Assembly (NCBI GenBank): GCA_043228905.1
Contig: JBHGNT010000007.1
Coordinates: 496,001-560,000 of the forward strand
Direction: 5' to 3'
Origin: Azolla caroliniana
Lineage: Eukaryota > Plantae > Polypodiophyta
Length of the DNA stretch: 64,000 nt
Position numbers and translations under genes: made by a program. Positions 24,088-37,300 of this stretch are shown here, in pieces (the first letter of the stretch is position 1; every line of letters starts with the position of its first letter). The notes under the pieces were generated by a model. It saw only the letters and a program-made list of their open reading frames with translations. It was not told the DNA's origin and did not search any database.

Positions 24088-25263
24088 TCAATCGGAGGTC
24101 GTCGAAGATACTGACCCGTCAAAAGTATGCTCAGATTTAATCTTTTTCACCTTCAACAAAAGTGCCAGCCGGTCATTGTCTGCTTTCATCAATCTATTTT
24201 CCTCCTTCAACTTCTCTAGTCCTAAGTCCCTCCCAGCACAATGCTTTTGCCATTTGAAGTACTTCTTCTCAAGCTCAAGAGCTTGCACTTGAATATCGAC
24301 TTTTTGTCTTTGTAGCTCCAGCATTCGGGACACAACTATTTTCTTGGTTAGAATTGACTCATCGAATAACAAATTTGGTACGACCTTGTCACTTTTCTCA
24401 TCATGTTTCTCTACACTTGTGTTGTCTTTACACTCTTTATTGTTCTTTTCTACTAATACCTCCTCCCTGGCATCTATACCTCTGCTTCCTTGCTCATCTA
24501 GTACCGTAGATTGCAAACAAGGCTTATGATAATCAAACCCATTGTAAAATGAATGCATCTCCTTGTAAAATGTGTGTTTTGAGGTAAGGATTTTCTTCAC
24601 ATCCTCCTTGTCCTTGGAAGAAAGATTGCTCATGCTCTCTAAGAGGTTAGGCTGATCAACAATCTCAAGAGCCATATCCTTTCCAAGAACATCATTAAGC
24701 CGCTTGTAACGCTTGTTCAAATCATTAAATTTATCTTCACATTGTTGAGGAGATACATAACATTTTCCTTCATTCATCTTGATTGAAACCAACCTCCATT
24801 TTCCTTTTTTCTGAAGCAAACTTGATAATTTTCTTTTATTCCCAGCTACTGTTAACAAGGAGTTGTCAACATTGGATCCATCCTCACCAACAAAATGCAC
24901 AATATCAATAAGAAGTTTAACCATATCATTGGTCCATTTGGTACGATGCCATGCAGCAGCCTCTTGTATTATTCGTCCATTGCCATCATGAAGTTCTTTC
25001 TCCTCTTTTATCAAATTACTTGGTTGGTCGTCATCGTCATCCTCATTGTCGCCGTGATCATCATCATTATAGGTTATTTCTAAAATCTTTTCATTGTTGT
25101 AGAAAGAGCTGGCTTTGCAGTTATCTACAAGAAATTGTTCAGTTCCTTTTGTATGATGTATACATGAAGGATACTGAACAAAATGTGTCATTGTTGTTTG
25201 ATGATGAGGGTGAACTTGTTGACAAAGATGGGCCCCTAACGGACGATCAAAGGAATGGTCCAT
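24088..25263 (-). CDS. Trihelix (Myb/SANT-like) transcription factor, GT-gamma clade (HRA1/At1g21200-like), ~391 aa, intronless CDS
   Basis: WHRTKWTNDMVKLLI...LQKKGKWRLVS...YVSPQQCEDKFNDLNKRYKRLNDVLG, ILTSKHTFYKEMHSFYN and a C-terminal coiled coil. First in-frame ATG at 25263. Probable 5' UTR exons at 25985-26113 and 27395-~27600. Confidence 0.92.
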   Translation of the reverse strand: MDHSFDRPLGAHLCQQVHPHHQTTMTHFVQYPSCIHHTKGTEQFLVDNCKASSFYNNEKILEITYNDDDHGDNEDDDDDQPSNLIKEEKELHDGNGRIIQEAAAWHRTKWTNDMVKLLIDIVHFVGEDGSNVDNSLLTVAGNKRKLSSLLQKKGKWRLVSIKMNEGKCYVSPQQCEDKFNDLNKRYKRLNDVLGKDMALEIVDQPNLLESMSNLSSKDKEDVKKILTSKHTFYKEMHSFYNGFDYHKPCLQSTVLDEQGSRGIDAREEVLVEKNNKECKDNTSVEKHDEKSDKVVPNLLFDESILTKKIVVSRMLELQRQKVDIQVQALELEKKYFKWQKHCAGRDLGLEKLKEENRLMKADNDRLALLLKVKKIKSEHTFDGSVSSTTSD

Positions 25264-27629
25264 TCCCAAAAAGCCAGATTTCGGTACTCTACACTCGAGC
25301 TAGTCCCTCTTCCGACACGTCCCCGTAAAATCTTATACTGGACTTAACAACATCCTTCATGACTTCTGATGCTCCAATCATGTCTCTTTTCCTCAACTTT
25401 CCGAATCACTGTAAAAACTCACAGTTAAGATTGCAAACAAATCTTCTTTTTTCTTGAAATTTGTAAATGAACTTTTACATCAATAGAACAATAATAGCAC
25501 ATATTTCCTTAAATCTTCAATGAATTAGGCAGGGGTTTGTTTCCCACGTTGATCATACATAAAAATGTCAACCGACGAGGACACCTATGCACATGATGGA
25601 AGTAAGAAAGTAAACTGTTGACAAATTGGAAATAAGGTCAGGAGTTATGGTGACAAACTTTAAGGTGATCCTTAAATTTGTTAATCATTGCAATCAGCAT
25701 GATCCTGTATCAGAACTTCAGCTATAGGAAATTTATGTTTTGAGCAAATTCAGAAACAGATTTCAAACATTACTACCTCCTGAATTTTACAACATAAGCA
25801 AGTGGCTGTCATCCCAGACAACAGAGAGCTTACAACAAGATTAAATAAATAATTCAGAAAGCAACCTTAGAAGACATCAAAAAGGAACTTAAAGGTAGTA
25901 CTATCATCACACAAAAAAAAAATCAATATTTTTGAGATAAAATAGTTTTTAGGCACAAAAGATTAAATATTGGAGATGTTATACCTTTCGTGCCCATGGA
26001 AAGACCTTCCACACCTTACAATTCATTAAACAGTCAAATACGTCTGATGTCTCAGTTAAACGGCCTCTGTTGATCTTGAATTTGCTATTTTGGTCCAGGT
26101 AGTTTCTTGACTCCTGCAAGTAATAGAAGAACCATCACACTGTTCAAACAGCAAATGTATATGGGAACACTTACAAAAGATTATCATAACATTTCACACT
26201 GCAAGCTACATTTGAGGTACTCTATATTTACCATTTCCCTTTTCAACAACTTAAAATGATACATTAATTCTGCATTATGAGGCATACACATACATGCGTA
26301 TTTGTATCTACACAGACACACATATACGTACAGATGTATATTCACGAGTCTTAATCCCATATATATGCATGTATAAGGTATAGGCTAATAGCATATATAC
26401 ATGCATACTCAGGGGACAGTACCCACACACATACATCAACAAATGAAAGATGCATAGAACATGGAAGCTTGCATATTAAAATCATTTCCCATCAAACCCA
26501 CTTCTTTCTTCTACATATGTAGTCCATAGGATTGTATCTACATATGAACATTTCTCAAACCGACTTCCATAGGCACAAGTTTTCTAACGCTATTTTCTCC
26601 GGAAGCCTTTCACCTCTAATAAAATGAATGCCATGCATAAGAGAACTTAAAATTTCTCATCCAAGTTGACCTCATGCATAAGATAATTTAAACCATGAGA
26701 GTATTGACATCCAATTTCTTGCATGAGAACTTGAACACTTATCAATACAATGCATCCTATCACACGCTTCATAATTATCATCAATTCCTATAACCCAATT
26801 TATTGTACTCTTCTTACCTATAAATTCTATCAGGGTCATCTAACACATGCATAACACAACTTTGAAATCATCATATGGATGTTTCCAAGTTCTTAAATGA
26901 GAACCTGAACTCTTATCATCAAATCTGTCATTGCACATGCTTCACATTCATCATATCATCCCAATTATACTCGGCTTACATACAAATTCTGTGTAGCTAT
27001 CTCTTTAAAGGTTCTACATTACATTTCAACGAAGTGTTATTCAGTTAGGTGAGGTAACATTGGGTTCAGGGGTCCTTTATTTTGTTCAATGCGAGAGAAT
27101 CTCCTTCACGCACACGTGTATATATTACATACATGCACACATAGACATCCACATGCGCATAAATATGTACATAGACATCCACATACTTATATATACATAC
27201 GTCGGTAAACATACGCATCTATATGTAGCATGCACGCACATACAGGCATCCACATACATACACCTACCTACACACGTCTATATGCGCATCTACTACATAT
27301 TTCTTCATATGCATTGAATTAGCTTCATCATTCAATAAACAGAGAATCACTGATTCTCTGTCTTTCTCTCAGAGAGTGGTGTGAGAAAACATACCTGTAG
27401 AATAAAAGAGAGAGCCAAATTAGGCTGATGCTTATGATGCAGAGAAATGAGGAGGTTTTCTCGCAGACGGACAGAGAAGAAGAAGAAGAAGAAGAAGAAG
27501 AAGAAGAGGAAGAGGAAGAGGAAAGAAGGGAGGAAGGAAGCAGAAACCATGTTCTTCTTCTCCATACCGCCGCCCACATATTTCTTTCTTCTTTAACCGC
27601 AACTAAATTTTATTAATAATTGGATGAAA

Positions 27630-28081
27630 CATACATTATTACATACATACATACATACATACATACATGATACATACATACATACATACATACATGATGC
27701 ATACATACAACATACATCAACATAATACATACATACATAATACATACATACATGATACATGCATACACATACATACAACATAATACATACATACATACAT
27801 ACATACAACATACATCAACATAATACATACATACATAATACATACATACATGATACATGCATACACATACATACAACATAATACATACATACATACATAC
27901 ATACATACAACATACATCAACATAATACATACATACATACATAACATACATACATACATACATACACCATACATCAACATAATACATACATACAAATTTA
28001 CAATACATACATTCATACATACATACTACTCTACCTATACATACATGATACATGTATACATACATAGGTTCATACATACAT
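27630..28081. repeat. (TACA)n-based compound micro/minisatellite
   Basis: About 450 bp of TACA units with higher-order repeats; the ORFs called here are artefacts. Confidence 0.97.
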
Positions 28082-30182
28082 ATTTGTGTTGTTTTTGTTT
28101 TTTCGTGTGTAGTTCCTGGGGATATTCTTTGTGACATGTGTAATGTACATATTATTTCTCTATGAGAATCGTGTCGCCCTGTCCTCACATACATATAAAT
28201 ACTCAATGTCCCATCACTCTTGTTATTATTTGACCTCCCGCTTCTCTTCGAGAGATTTGGATGGAAATGAAATTAGGCCTAGTATAACATCTTTTCATTG
28301 TAGAACATGTTTTTTATATAGAACATGTTTTTTTTATTTTCTTAGACCTATTTAGTGTAAACACTATTTTTATCTTATTTTGATTTTTTTACTTTCGATG
28401 AATGGGTAAATATCCCATTTTTTGTAAACCATTTTTCTCATGGACCAATTTTGGCCTTAGAAGACGTTAAAATTTCTTTCTTTCTTTCTTTCTCATAGCA
28501 TCGATTGCCTCCTTTGCTTGTCGTTTGGGCTATTTCAACTCTCTATGGTTTCATCATCATCTCTTCGGCAAGACATATATATATATAGTGGAACTTTGGA
28601 CTTCGTTAGTTAGCATTCCCCTACCTTGGTCCTTTCAATAATTACTTGCAAGTCTCATCGTTATCTGACGTTGCCAATACAATGAAAGGCAAAGATGAAC
28701 TGTTGCAAATTTGGTGACTTTTCGCTTACATATTTAAACACCTACCATCAATTCACATACAAGTAGAGGAACAAAAGGGATGATCATTAAAAAAAAGTAA
28801 AGATTAGGCAAAAATAAACATCTAAAGGAAGAGAGATTTCTCGATTATAGTGTAGATACATCAATTACAATAACAAAAGATCCAAACATAGAGGTCTGCG
28901 AATGTCAAAGGCTTGTCCCAAGATTTGTGTTTTTCAAGTGGTTGGTAGGAATGCAACTAGTCAATGGCCCCTTTGAAATGATATGGAAACTCTACATCTT
29001 TCTTCTCTTTTGTTTCTTCGCCTTTGGTCTTGTATCAACTTCTTGATTGCGCCTTTTAATTATTGTATCGTACATGCATGTGTGGTGGGCTTAGGTCAAG
29101 ATGGGTATATGAATCAAGTCTTGCATTACTCCAAGTTGGGCACATATACATGCTCGCTACTTATGAATAAGGAAACCCCATGAGCCACACATGCATACAA
29201 CCTTTGCCCATTTGGGAGACTCTTGTGGTGTTCCTTTTGGGCCCATCGGTCATAATAATCACCCCATATCATCATCATCTCTCTTTGCTACACATTCTTG
29301 TCGATGACCACGTTTCAACCTCGCGGAAGCAAAAACCATGACCACATAGTAATATGATTGCAAACAAGAGAGCCTAGAAGGGGAATGGCAGTTTATTATT
29401 AGCATATTTAACCATGCAAGGCCCACATCACATAGTAATCATTAGTGAGGAACAAGTCCAATTTTAACATACAAATTAGAGTTCCACATGTTAGTTGTTT
29501 GACATCCCTCCTTACATGAAAACCATGTTGCCAAAACGTTCATTCCAGCATTAACATTCTTGAGGATATAAAATTGGGATAAATGATCCTTTATAACACT
29601 TTCCCCACATTGGCTAAAATACAATTCTTCACAAAATGCACTATTTGTTTACTCATTCAACTTTATCTTCCACAATATGTGAAACAATGTTTAATTCCAT
29701 CACTTTCCAAACATTAATATTGTATAGATTGGATCAAAATCAAATAAGATTGCACAATTTTCTTAAAGAAGGGATTTGATTATGAGATATATAGAAAGAG
29801 ATTGTGGGTCATGTTGTCTAAGCAAATTAAGTTATGGTTCTCTTATACATATCCATATTTTGATATCTATAGTTGTAGACAAACCTCCTTTTCTTTGGCA
29901 TAGCCATCAATAAGCATGCATATAACAGCTCTAATTGATTAGAATGAACTTTGGTTGGATACAAATGCTCTCTTTTTCCTTGATTGTTTGAAATGATTTG
30001 CGTTGCATTCTTAGAATTACAATCAAGGATGTTATGTATGTTTAACTTCATCAAGTGCATGGGGATTATATCTACAAAATCTAGTCTTTTGCAGATCCTT
30101 GATGCAAAAGAGCGATCCATTTTATATCCTTGCGAGCTTTTACCAATCATTAATAATAATACATGCTTGTGAGGTGTGACTT

Positions 30183-31603
30183 TCATCTGTTATTTCCTAT
30201 TTGCAAACTATCTGTCTTCAAAACATGCAACAAAACTTGAGAGCTTTCCACTATCTGTGAAACTCACAAAATATGTAAAAGTCATTACAAGAACAGTCAA
30301 GCTCATGTATAGATTGCGTCAATAAAATGGTAATCGAAGTAATGTAAATTAAGGAAAATATCAATATTACCCTTCCAATATTAGGGGGTCATACTGGTCC
30401 TACCCTTTGTATTTTCAGAAGTATCACTTCGCGCCCTTGGTAAAAAAGTAGATATACCCCACATTCTTAAAATCATAATTTAATAATCCACAAAAGCATT
30501 CATCCATTTGGAGGGATGCACTAACTACAAAAGCTAGCTAAAGAAATTAATGCTAGCTAAAGAAATTAGCAACGTGATTAGTGCTAATTACAATCAGCAA
30601 TGCTATAATTAGCTCTAAATATGGTAATTAGCACTATGGGTATAGCATTGTAACAAGGCAATATAACCACATTGCTAATTATCACATTGTGACTAACCAC
30701 AATTCTTCATGCTTTTTATAAAATGGATAAAACCAGTCAGGCAATACCTTTCCATAGGCTGCCTCTACATCTTCAATGGTTTTGTCATATTCATTAATGT
30801 ATGCATATTTGCTTGTCAAATTCTCATCAATCTCTGCAAGCCTTTTAGTAAGGACAACCATGTCATTTTGAATGCGGGCCTTTTCTTCTTCCTCTTCTTG
30901 TAACATGCTAGCAAGCTCATTTCTTTTCTCTCGAAGATCATCGATACCTATTAAGGATCGTTAAAAAGTTGGCTAAGTTTTAACAAATATTGGATCATTT
31001 TATCACCAAAAAAGTTTCAAAAAGTTTCTTTTTTACAATGTATGTTAATATTCTTTGAAGAAGAAAAATGTTAACATTAATTGAGTATATGAAATGTGTC
31101 TATGCTTCGATGTAATGAACATACGAATTAAATCATGCAACACAACAGTGTCATACCTCTAATAAGACCAGACACCAAAATACCATAAAATTGCTAAGTA
31201 TTTATAATAGTATCCTTAGGTTTCAAAAAATAATTAGAGTACCCCACTAGCCCCACTAGGAACAAAATTTAGTCCTAGTATTGAGGGGTATTCCACTATT
31301 TTCGAAAACATAAGATGTATGCTTATAAATTATCCACTAAGTTAGGGGTATTATGATGCTTTTCCCTATAATGGTAAGTATTACATGCACATGTTGGAGT
31401 TAAGAGGGTATAGATAGAGAAAGAAAAGCACGTTGTATAATCTCTAACGTATATTCCTCAAGCTCACTTCTAGGCATTCTCATTCTTTTACAGTTGCAAT
31501 AGCACCTCACTTTTGGTACAAAACCTCCTTCACAATTGCCTGAGAATGATGAAGAATCCGTTGTAAATGGCTTGGTTGACCTGGAGTGCTTAAAACATCG
31601 CAT
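30183..31603 (-). CDS. SSNA1: SSNA1/NA14/DIP13 homologue (centriole/flagellar microtubule coiled-coil protein), 3 coding exons, ~147 aa
   Basis: Exons 31603-31432, 30947-30748 and 30254-30183 join in phase: ...ELEEYTLEIIQR-IDDLREKRNELASMLQEEEEEKARIQNDMVVLTKRLAEIDENLTSK...NEYDKTIEDVEAAYGK-IVESSQVLLHVLK. This matches the SSNA1/DIP13 pattern IEDLREKREE...EYDK.I.E.EAAY.KILESSQTLL.VLK. The start codon is less certain. Confidence 0.88.
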
Positions 31604-34384
31604 CAAAATGTCTTAATTCCTTATACATGTCTACAGTTCTCTTTGTAAACAAGAAAACCTCAAATTTTATGTGTTCATACAATGTACATATGCATCAAAT
31701 GCCCAAATGTGCATGAAAATCTTATGATTTCCTTACAAAAGATGAAATCTAGATGTTAGAATAGAATCTCAATGAAATCTAGATACCACATATATTATAC
31801 ATTGGGGACAAGGCGCAAAATTCATCGCATTTGCATTATGTTGCCACCCTCGGAAACATCTTTCAATTTTCGTGAGCCCACATGAATCGTCACTAAATGT
31901 CTCGGAAAAACTTTTGAAGAAATCTTTATTCCATGGATATGATGGTTTAATCTATGAAATATTTCCTCTGCTCTTCCAAGGGAACATAAATTTCCATATC
32001 TACAAGCAAGAAGAATACCAAGCCATTGAGTAACTAATAGAGGGCAGGATAATGTTCTCTCAAAGCCAGTAATCCTGAGGGCGTGGATGTGCAAGATTGT
32101 ACGAGGAAAGTGTTAAATGTGTAGCCTAGAACTCTTATCACTGTATCCATCTAATCGAACCCAATGGATTGATCCAATGGAATCCAGTCTATTCAAGTTT
32201 ATCTATTCAATTCAATCAAATCGATTCATCACATCATAATCTATTTCTTTTTGTGTTTCCCAACAATCTTCTGTACATCGAAAACAAAAAAAATTCTCTG
32301 CATGTATAATAAAATCAAGAACAAGAAGTTTTGGAAATTTTCTGTACTAAAATGGAGAAAATGATCATGGGATAAAACTTGGAATCCATGGGGACAATTT
32401 TTTCGAAAGCAAATTAGAGAGGGAGGGAGGGAGGGGTCGCTTACCAGAAGGAAGAATCGGAAGAAACGGGTCTCGATCAGAGTAGATTCTCAGCGTAGAT
32501 TCTCAGGATCAAGTCTAGATTCTCTGCGGCTCTGTTGTTGTGGAGAATTTGGGTGTAAAGTCTTACGAAGCGTTTCTCCATCGTCATACGGTTAAGGAAT
32601 TAGAGCCCTGTTTTTTGTTCTTTTCCAAAATTCTGAAACATACCCCTACTTCTTTTCTGATATTTTTACGGCGATGCCCCCCCCCCCCCCCATCCCAACC
32701 CTTCACACCAATTTAGGTCCTATAGCAAACCAAATTTTGTCCTTCTTTTGTACCTCCAACAAGCTTTTCGGATCATTTTTTTTTCTAAATATCAGATATA
32801 TACATACATATATATGTGGATAAACGAAATCGCCCCAAATTCTTGTATAAATTGGCAACTCGTAGTTGCATTCGATTTTGATGAAGAGACGAATGAGGGT
32901 GGGTTTGTATCATATGGTCCTTTTTTCAAAAAATCCGTAGGGGGCAAGCAATCTTGTAAATACACGATTGAATTGTTTTGTAGTCCTGTCAGCGTTTTTT
33001 TTTTTTTTTGCTACTATTACTGTTGCTACGACTACTCCTCAAGAAAGGCGTATTTTGTGTCTTCATTTTAAAACCTTGGGCATATTCTCATAAATACCCT
33101 CAAGTTTAGTCACCGATGATTTAAGTCCTATTAAACTAAAAATGAAAGTTTGGCTTTCTAGTTTGATTACAAATAATTTTGTTGCTCTTTTTTTCAATGG
33201 AATATGTATGCTTTTTTTTAGTAACACTTCTACTACTAGTGGAAAACCTCAAAGTTAGATGAAAACCCACAAAGAATAAAGAGAAGTATACAAGTGTAGA
33301 TTAGACACTAATGACCTTAGAAACACTCAAAAGTAAAGAGTGTAAAGTTGCAATGTGATGTCTCTAAGTTGTAGACAATCAAATAGAGATTGCCTAAGGG
33401 ATTTCTTAAAGAAGCTAACTTCATGTATGCATATATATTGTGTGTGGAAGCATATGCATGGATATTTCCATTATGTGTATGATGTCTCAAGACCTAGTAT
33501 CAATAACAAAATCGACATTTCATTAAGGCCTACTTCATTTAAACTTCCTCAAATTCATGAAGTCTTCATTTGATAAGGAGCTCAACATGTGTACAAAAAC
33601 TTATAATATGCATGCATGAGGTTACATACAAAATCAAAATCCCAAAGGAGCTCTACTTTGCTCAATCCAAGCAAACCATATCATTCTTAGTACAGCTTGC
33701 AATATTCTGGCCAAAACTGATCAATTCCAAAATTCAGTCCTTCGATAACACATGATTTCCAAATATACAATTGCATGATAACATTAAGCAAGTGTTGAAT
33801 AGGATTACAATTACATAGGGGTTGTCACTTTACAAACATTTATCTTCAAATAACTACACTAAGACTTTCCAATGCAATGGGTGTCAGCTCACACACAATT
33901 TGAATTCATTCTCTAAGGAAGCAATGTCTTCATGATCAAAGTATACGTGTGATCTATCAATGGATTGCTGTTATAAATAATCTAGTATTACTAAAAGAGT
34001 CACACAACCATTATGTAAGCAGTCACAATGGTTTATTTTGATAATCATAGTATAGTTTGCTGTCACGTTCAAAGATTGATGTCTCCTGTTCACAATTTAC
34101 ATACGTGGGGTCGAATTCACTTCTCTTAATCTAATGGCCAGAAAGCTAGGAACATAATAGTAATTTCCAAAGTAAAACCAGCTAATTGTGATATCTACAA
34201 AGGTTGAGCATTTATAGACAGTGCATTTACACATATATACAACACATCCTTCCACAAGAGCTAATTCTGGTATTATACAAACAAAGTTTAAGCATTTATA
34301 GACAGTACATTTACACATACATACAACACATCCTTCCATGTTCCCTTTTCCCTTATTGGGTAGGAAAAGAAGAACTCAAATCAA

Positions 34385-37300
34385 TCACTCAACAAATTCT
34401 AGGAAAAGCGCCTCGGATTTGTTTCTCAATCCTAGATCATGGAAAGAGAGAAAACGTTCGTCAACACTGAACACTTTCCGAGGGTATGCCCTCACCTGCA
34501 CAATTGATCTACTAGTAAATCACCAATACTCTTATCCTTGAAATCAATAATATCAAAATTAAAAGAAAATACTGCCCCATTGGTAAATGCAACTGACCAG
34601 TTTGTAAGAACCAGGCACAAGTCCACATGTAACATCCATGAAATCATATAAGCACTGCAATGACACACACAGGATTGTATTTAATGACGGAGAATGTGTT
34701 GCCTCCCCAGACATCCAGATGCGCATGTGCCATCTCCACCCAATGTTGAAGTGTGCTCATAACTCTAGCATGTGAATAAAAGTGAATTCACACGCTGAGG
34801 GCTCCACATCATGATACAAGCCTAATGAAACTTGCTTTGAGGATTCAACCAAGGGTGCATTCACTTCTGAATACCATTCCATTCCTAAAATGGAGAGTGA
34901 TTTCACATGCTAAAGGTTCAAAACACAATAAAAGCCTAACAAAACCCACCTTTAGACAAAACCCACCTTTAGACTTCCCGAAGGCTGAATTCTCTTCTGA
35001 ATACTTACCTCATGAAATCATAACTGGAAGTGCCATCACTTGATACATGCCTACGAGATACTCTCTCCACCTATGTGTTCTTTCACATGCTAGATGTCCC
35101 GTCTCTTTGTACAGGCCTTTTGCATTAGACCGGACACTGAAGATGCCCACTTGGATGTCTTGGGATATAACAAAATGGGATATATTCATGTCATTAAAGG
35201 TAATGGTTTGTGGGCCAAGGTATACCTGAAGTGGATTTGATACATGGAACCTTCTAACTTGCCGGTATCCATCTGGCATGCGAACCATGATTTTAATCGC
35301 ACGCTCATCATTCATCAAAGGCTCTTGAGGAAGCGAGGCTTGTTTGGCAGCCACTTGTTTCTTTAGCTCCTGCAAAATAGCATACTTCAGACAAATAAAC
35401 AGACCAAATTCCAACAAGCTTAAGTAAGATATTTCAGACAAACGTGAATCATAGTACATAATATACTCGAATGCATTGGCAAACATTCTTTTTCATATGA
35501 ATGCAAACGAATGTGTATGTTATCAAAACATTCTTATGCTTTTTTTTTACACTTTTTACCTTAACTTTCTTACCTTAAAAAAAAAAACCTTATAATAAAT
35601 AATGAGTATTTACCATACTTCGAGGGTGTTTACCATACTCGAATGATTGAAACATTCGAGAATGCGAATGCACGTGTGGTTCATACTATGACTTGAATAA
35701 TATACTTGTGAGGAAACAAATTTAACACATCATAGAAGCAAAAGAACAGACCTCTTCAGCAAGTTGCTTGTGCAAAGCTTCTTGCTGCTGACGTTTCTCT
35801 TCTGCCTCAGCAGCAGCTCTATCTTCAGCTTCCTTTAGCAGGCGTGCCTCTTCATCAATTCTTGCCTTTGCCTCTTTTTCAAGATCAGCTTGCAATGAAG
35901 CCAAATACTCATTATCCTATTTACATTTATTACTCCATCAGGATAGCTCATATAGAGGAATCAGTTACAAGAACATCAAATTGCCAATGCATACAGACAG
36001 CATAATGTCCTTCCTCTATGGACTCGCGTCCAAGGATATAGTAATTCCATTCTTGGACAACCCAAGAAGGAAAAGAAATTAACCCCAAAGATCATGGAGC
36101 AGCTTAGTCCATAAGTGCTACGATGTCTTGTCTGAAAAAGAAGACTCAACACAAAGAATGTGTAAATAGTGAAGGTTCCATATGCATCATAGAGTGACGC
36201 ACACGATGGCTATTACATCATGTCTCATAGTTCTTGGCATTGCAAATGATTGAAACTATTTTTGTAGATATTTTACATGGGTCTTGTGCAAATGATTGAA
36301 ATTTGTTCATATTTTGTTAATAACAAGTATTGTGGATAGAATTTGAGAGTGAATATCTGACATGATACCTGTTCTTCGCGTAGTTGCCGGTAAGCAATAA
36401 CAATGGGTGATGGCGATGGTGGTGCTGGTGCTGGTGCTGGAATGTGCTCTCCAGACAAGCAGCCAAACTTCAGAGCTATTTCTTCTGGTAGTGACCCAAA
36501 CATAGCTGCCTCAAGCATGATTGCATCTTGATGTTCTTCAGTTGAAAGACCTCCCCACTACAAAAGTAGAACACAAACTTCCTTTTCCACCCAAGAAGAT
36601 CAATATTTAAAAAAGCACTGGCACCTTAATTGTCATCTTAACTGGAAGTCTATTTAGTTTGGAAAACACATGACTTAACAATTAGGTCTTTAGCATTTGC
36701 CAACTGAATTCTTCACGTTAAGATCAGCATTAACGTGCTGACAAGTTCACTTATACTGACTTAACAGATGCATAATTATTACACTAACTTGCCATAATAC
36801 AATAGTAATTATAGAACATTACTGACATCATCAGGTTCTGATAAAGGTGATACAGAAACCATATGTGTGTGACCGTGAGCCAATCTCGTCCTTATTAAAT
36901 GTTCAACTTCATAATCTTCATGATCTTCTTCAGTTCTTCTTGAAGCTACGTTAACAAAACCAGCTAGTGTATCGGAAGTGTTTTGCAAATAACTTCTGCC
37001 AAAACTTTCTGGAATAGCCCCATTCCTGGTTATAGAGTGATAGTACAGTTCCATGTATAATGTTAACATATTCCCATGTGCAACAACTTAATTTAATAAA
37101 AGAAAAACTGAAGATGCCTAAGGCTGTAACCAAATTTGTGAAAATATAAAAAGGGAAATCTGAAATCACCTGTTTCCAATACTGTTCTTATTATTAAGAT
37201 CCCCATTCCAGATCTCATCTTCAAGCATCTCAGCATAGGCTTTCTTTAAACGGATTTCCTTCTCTATCTGTGCAGTCTGCCAGAGACAAGTTTTCCATTT

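Noticed and set aside
27593-28206. Long MYVC-repeat ORFs
   Set aside because: Translations of a (TACA)n satellite.
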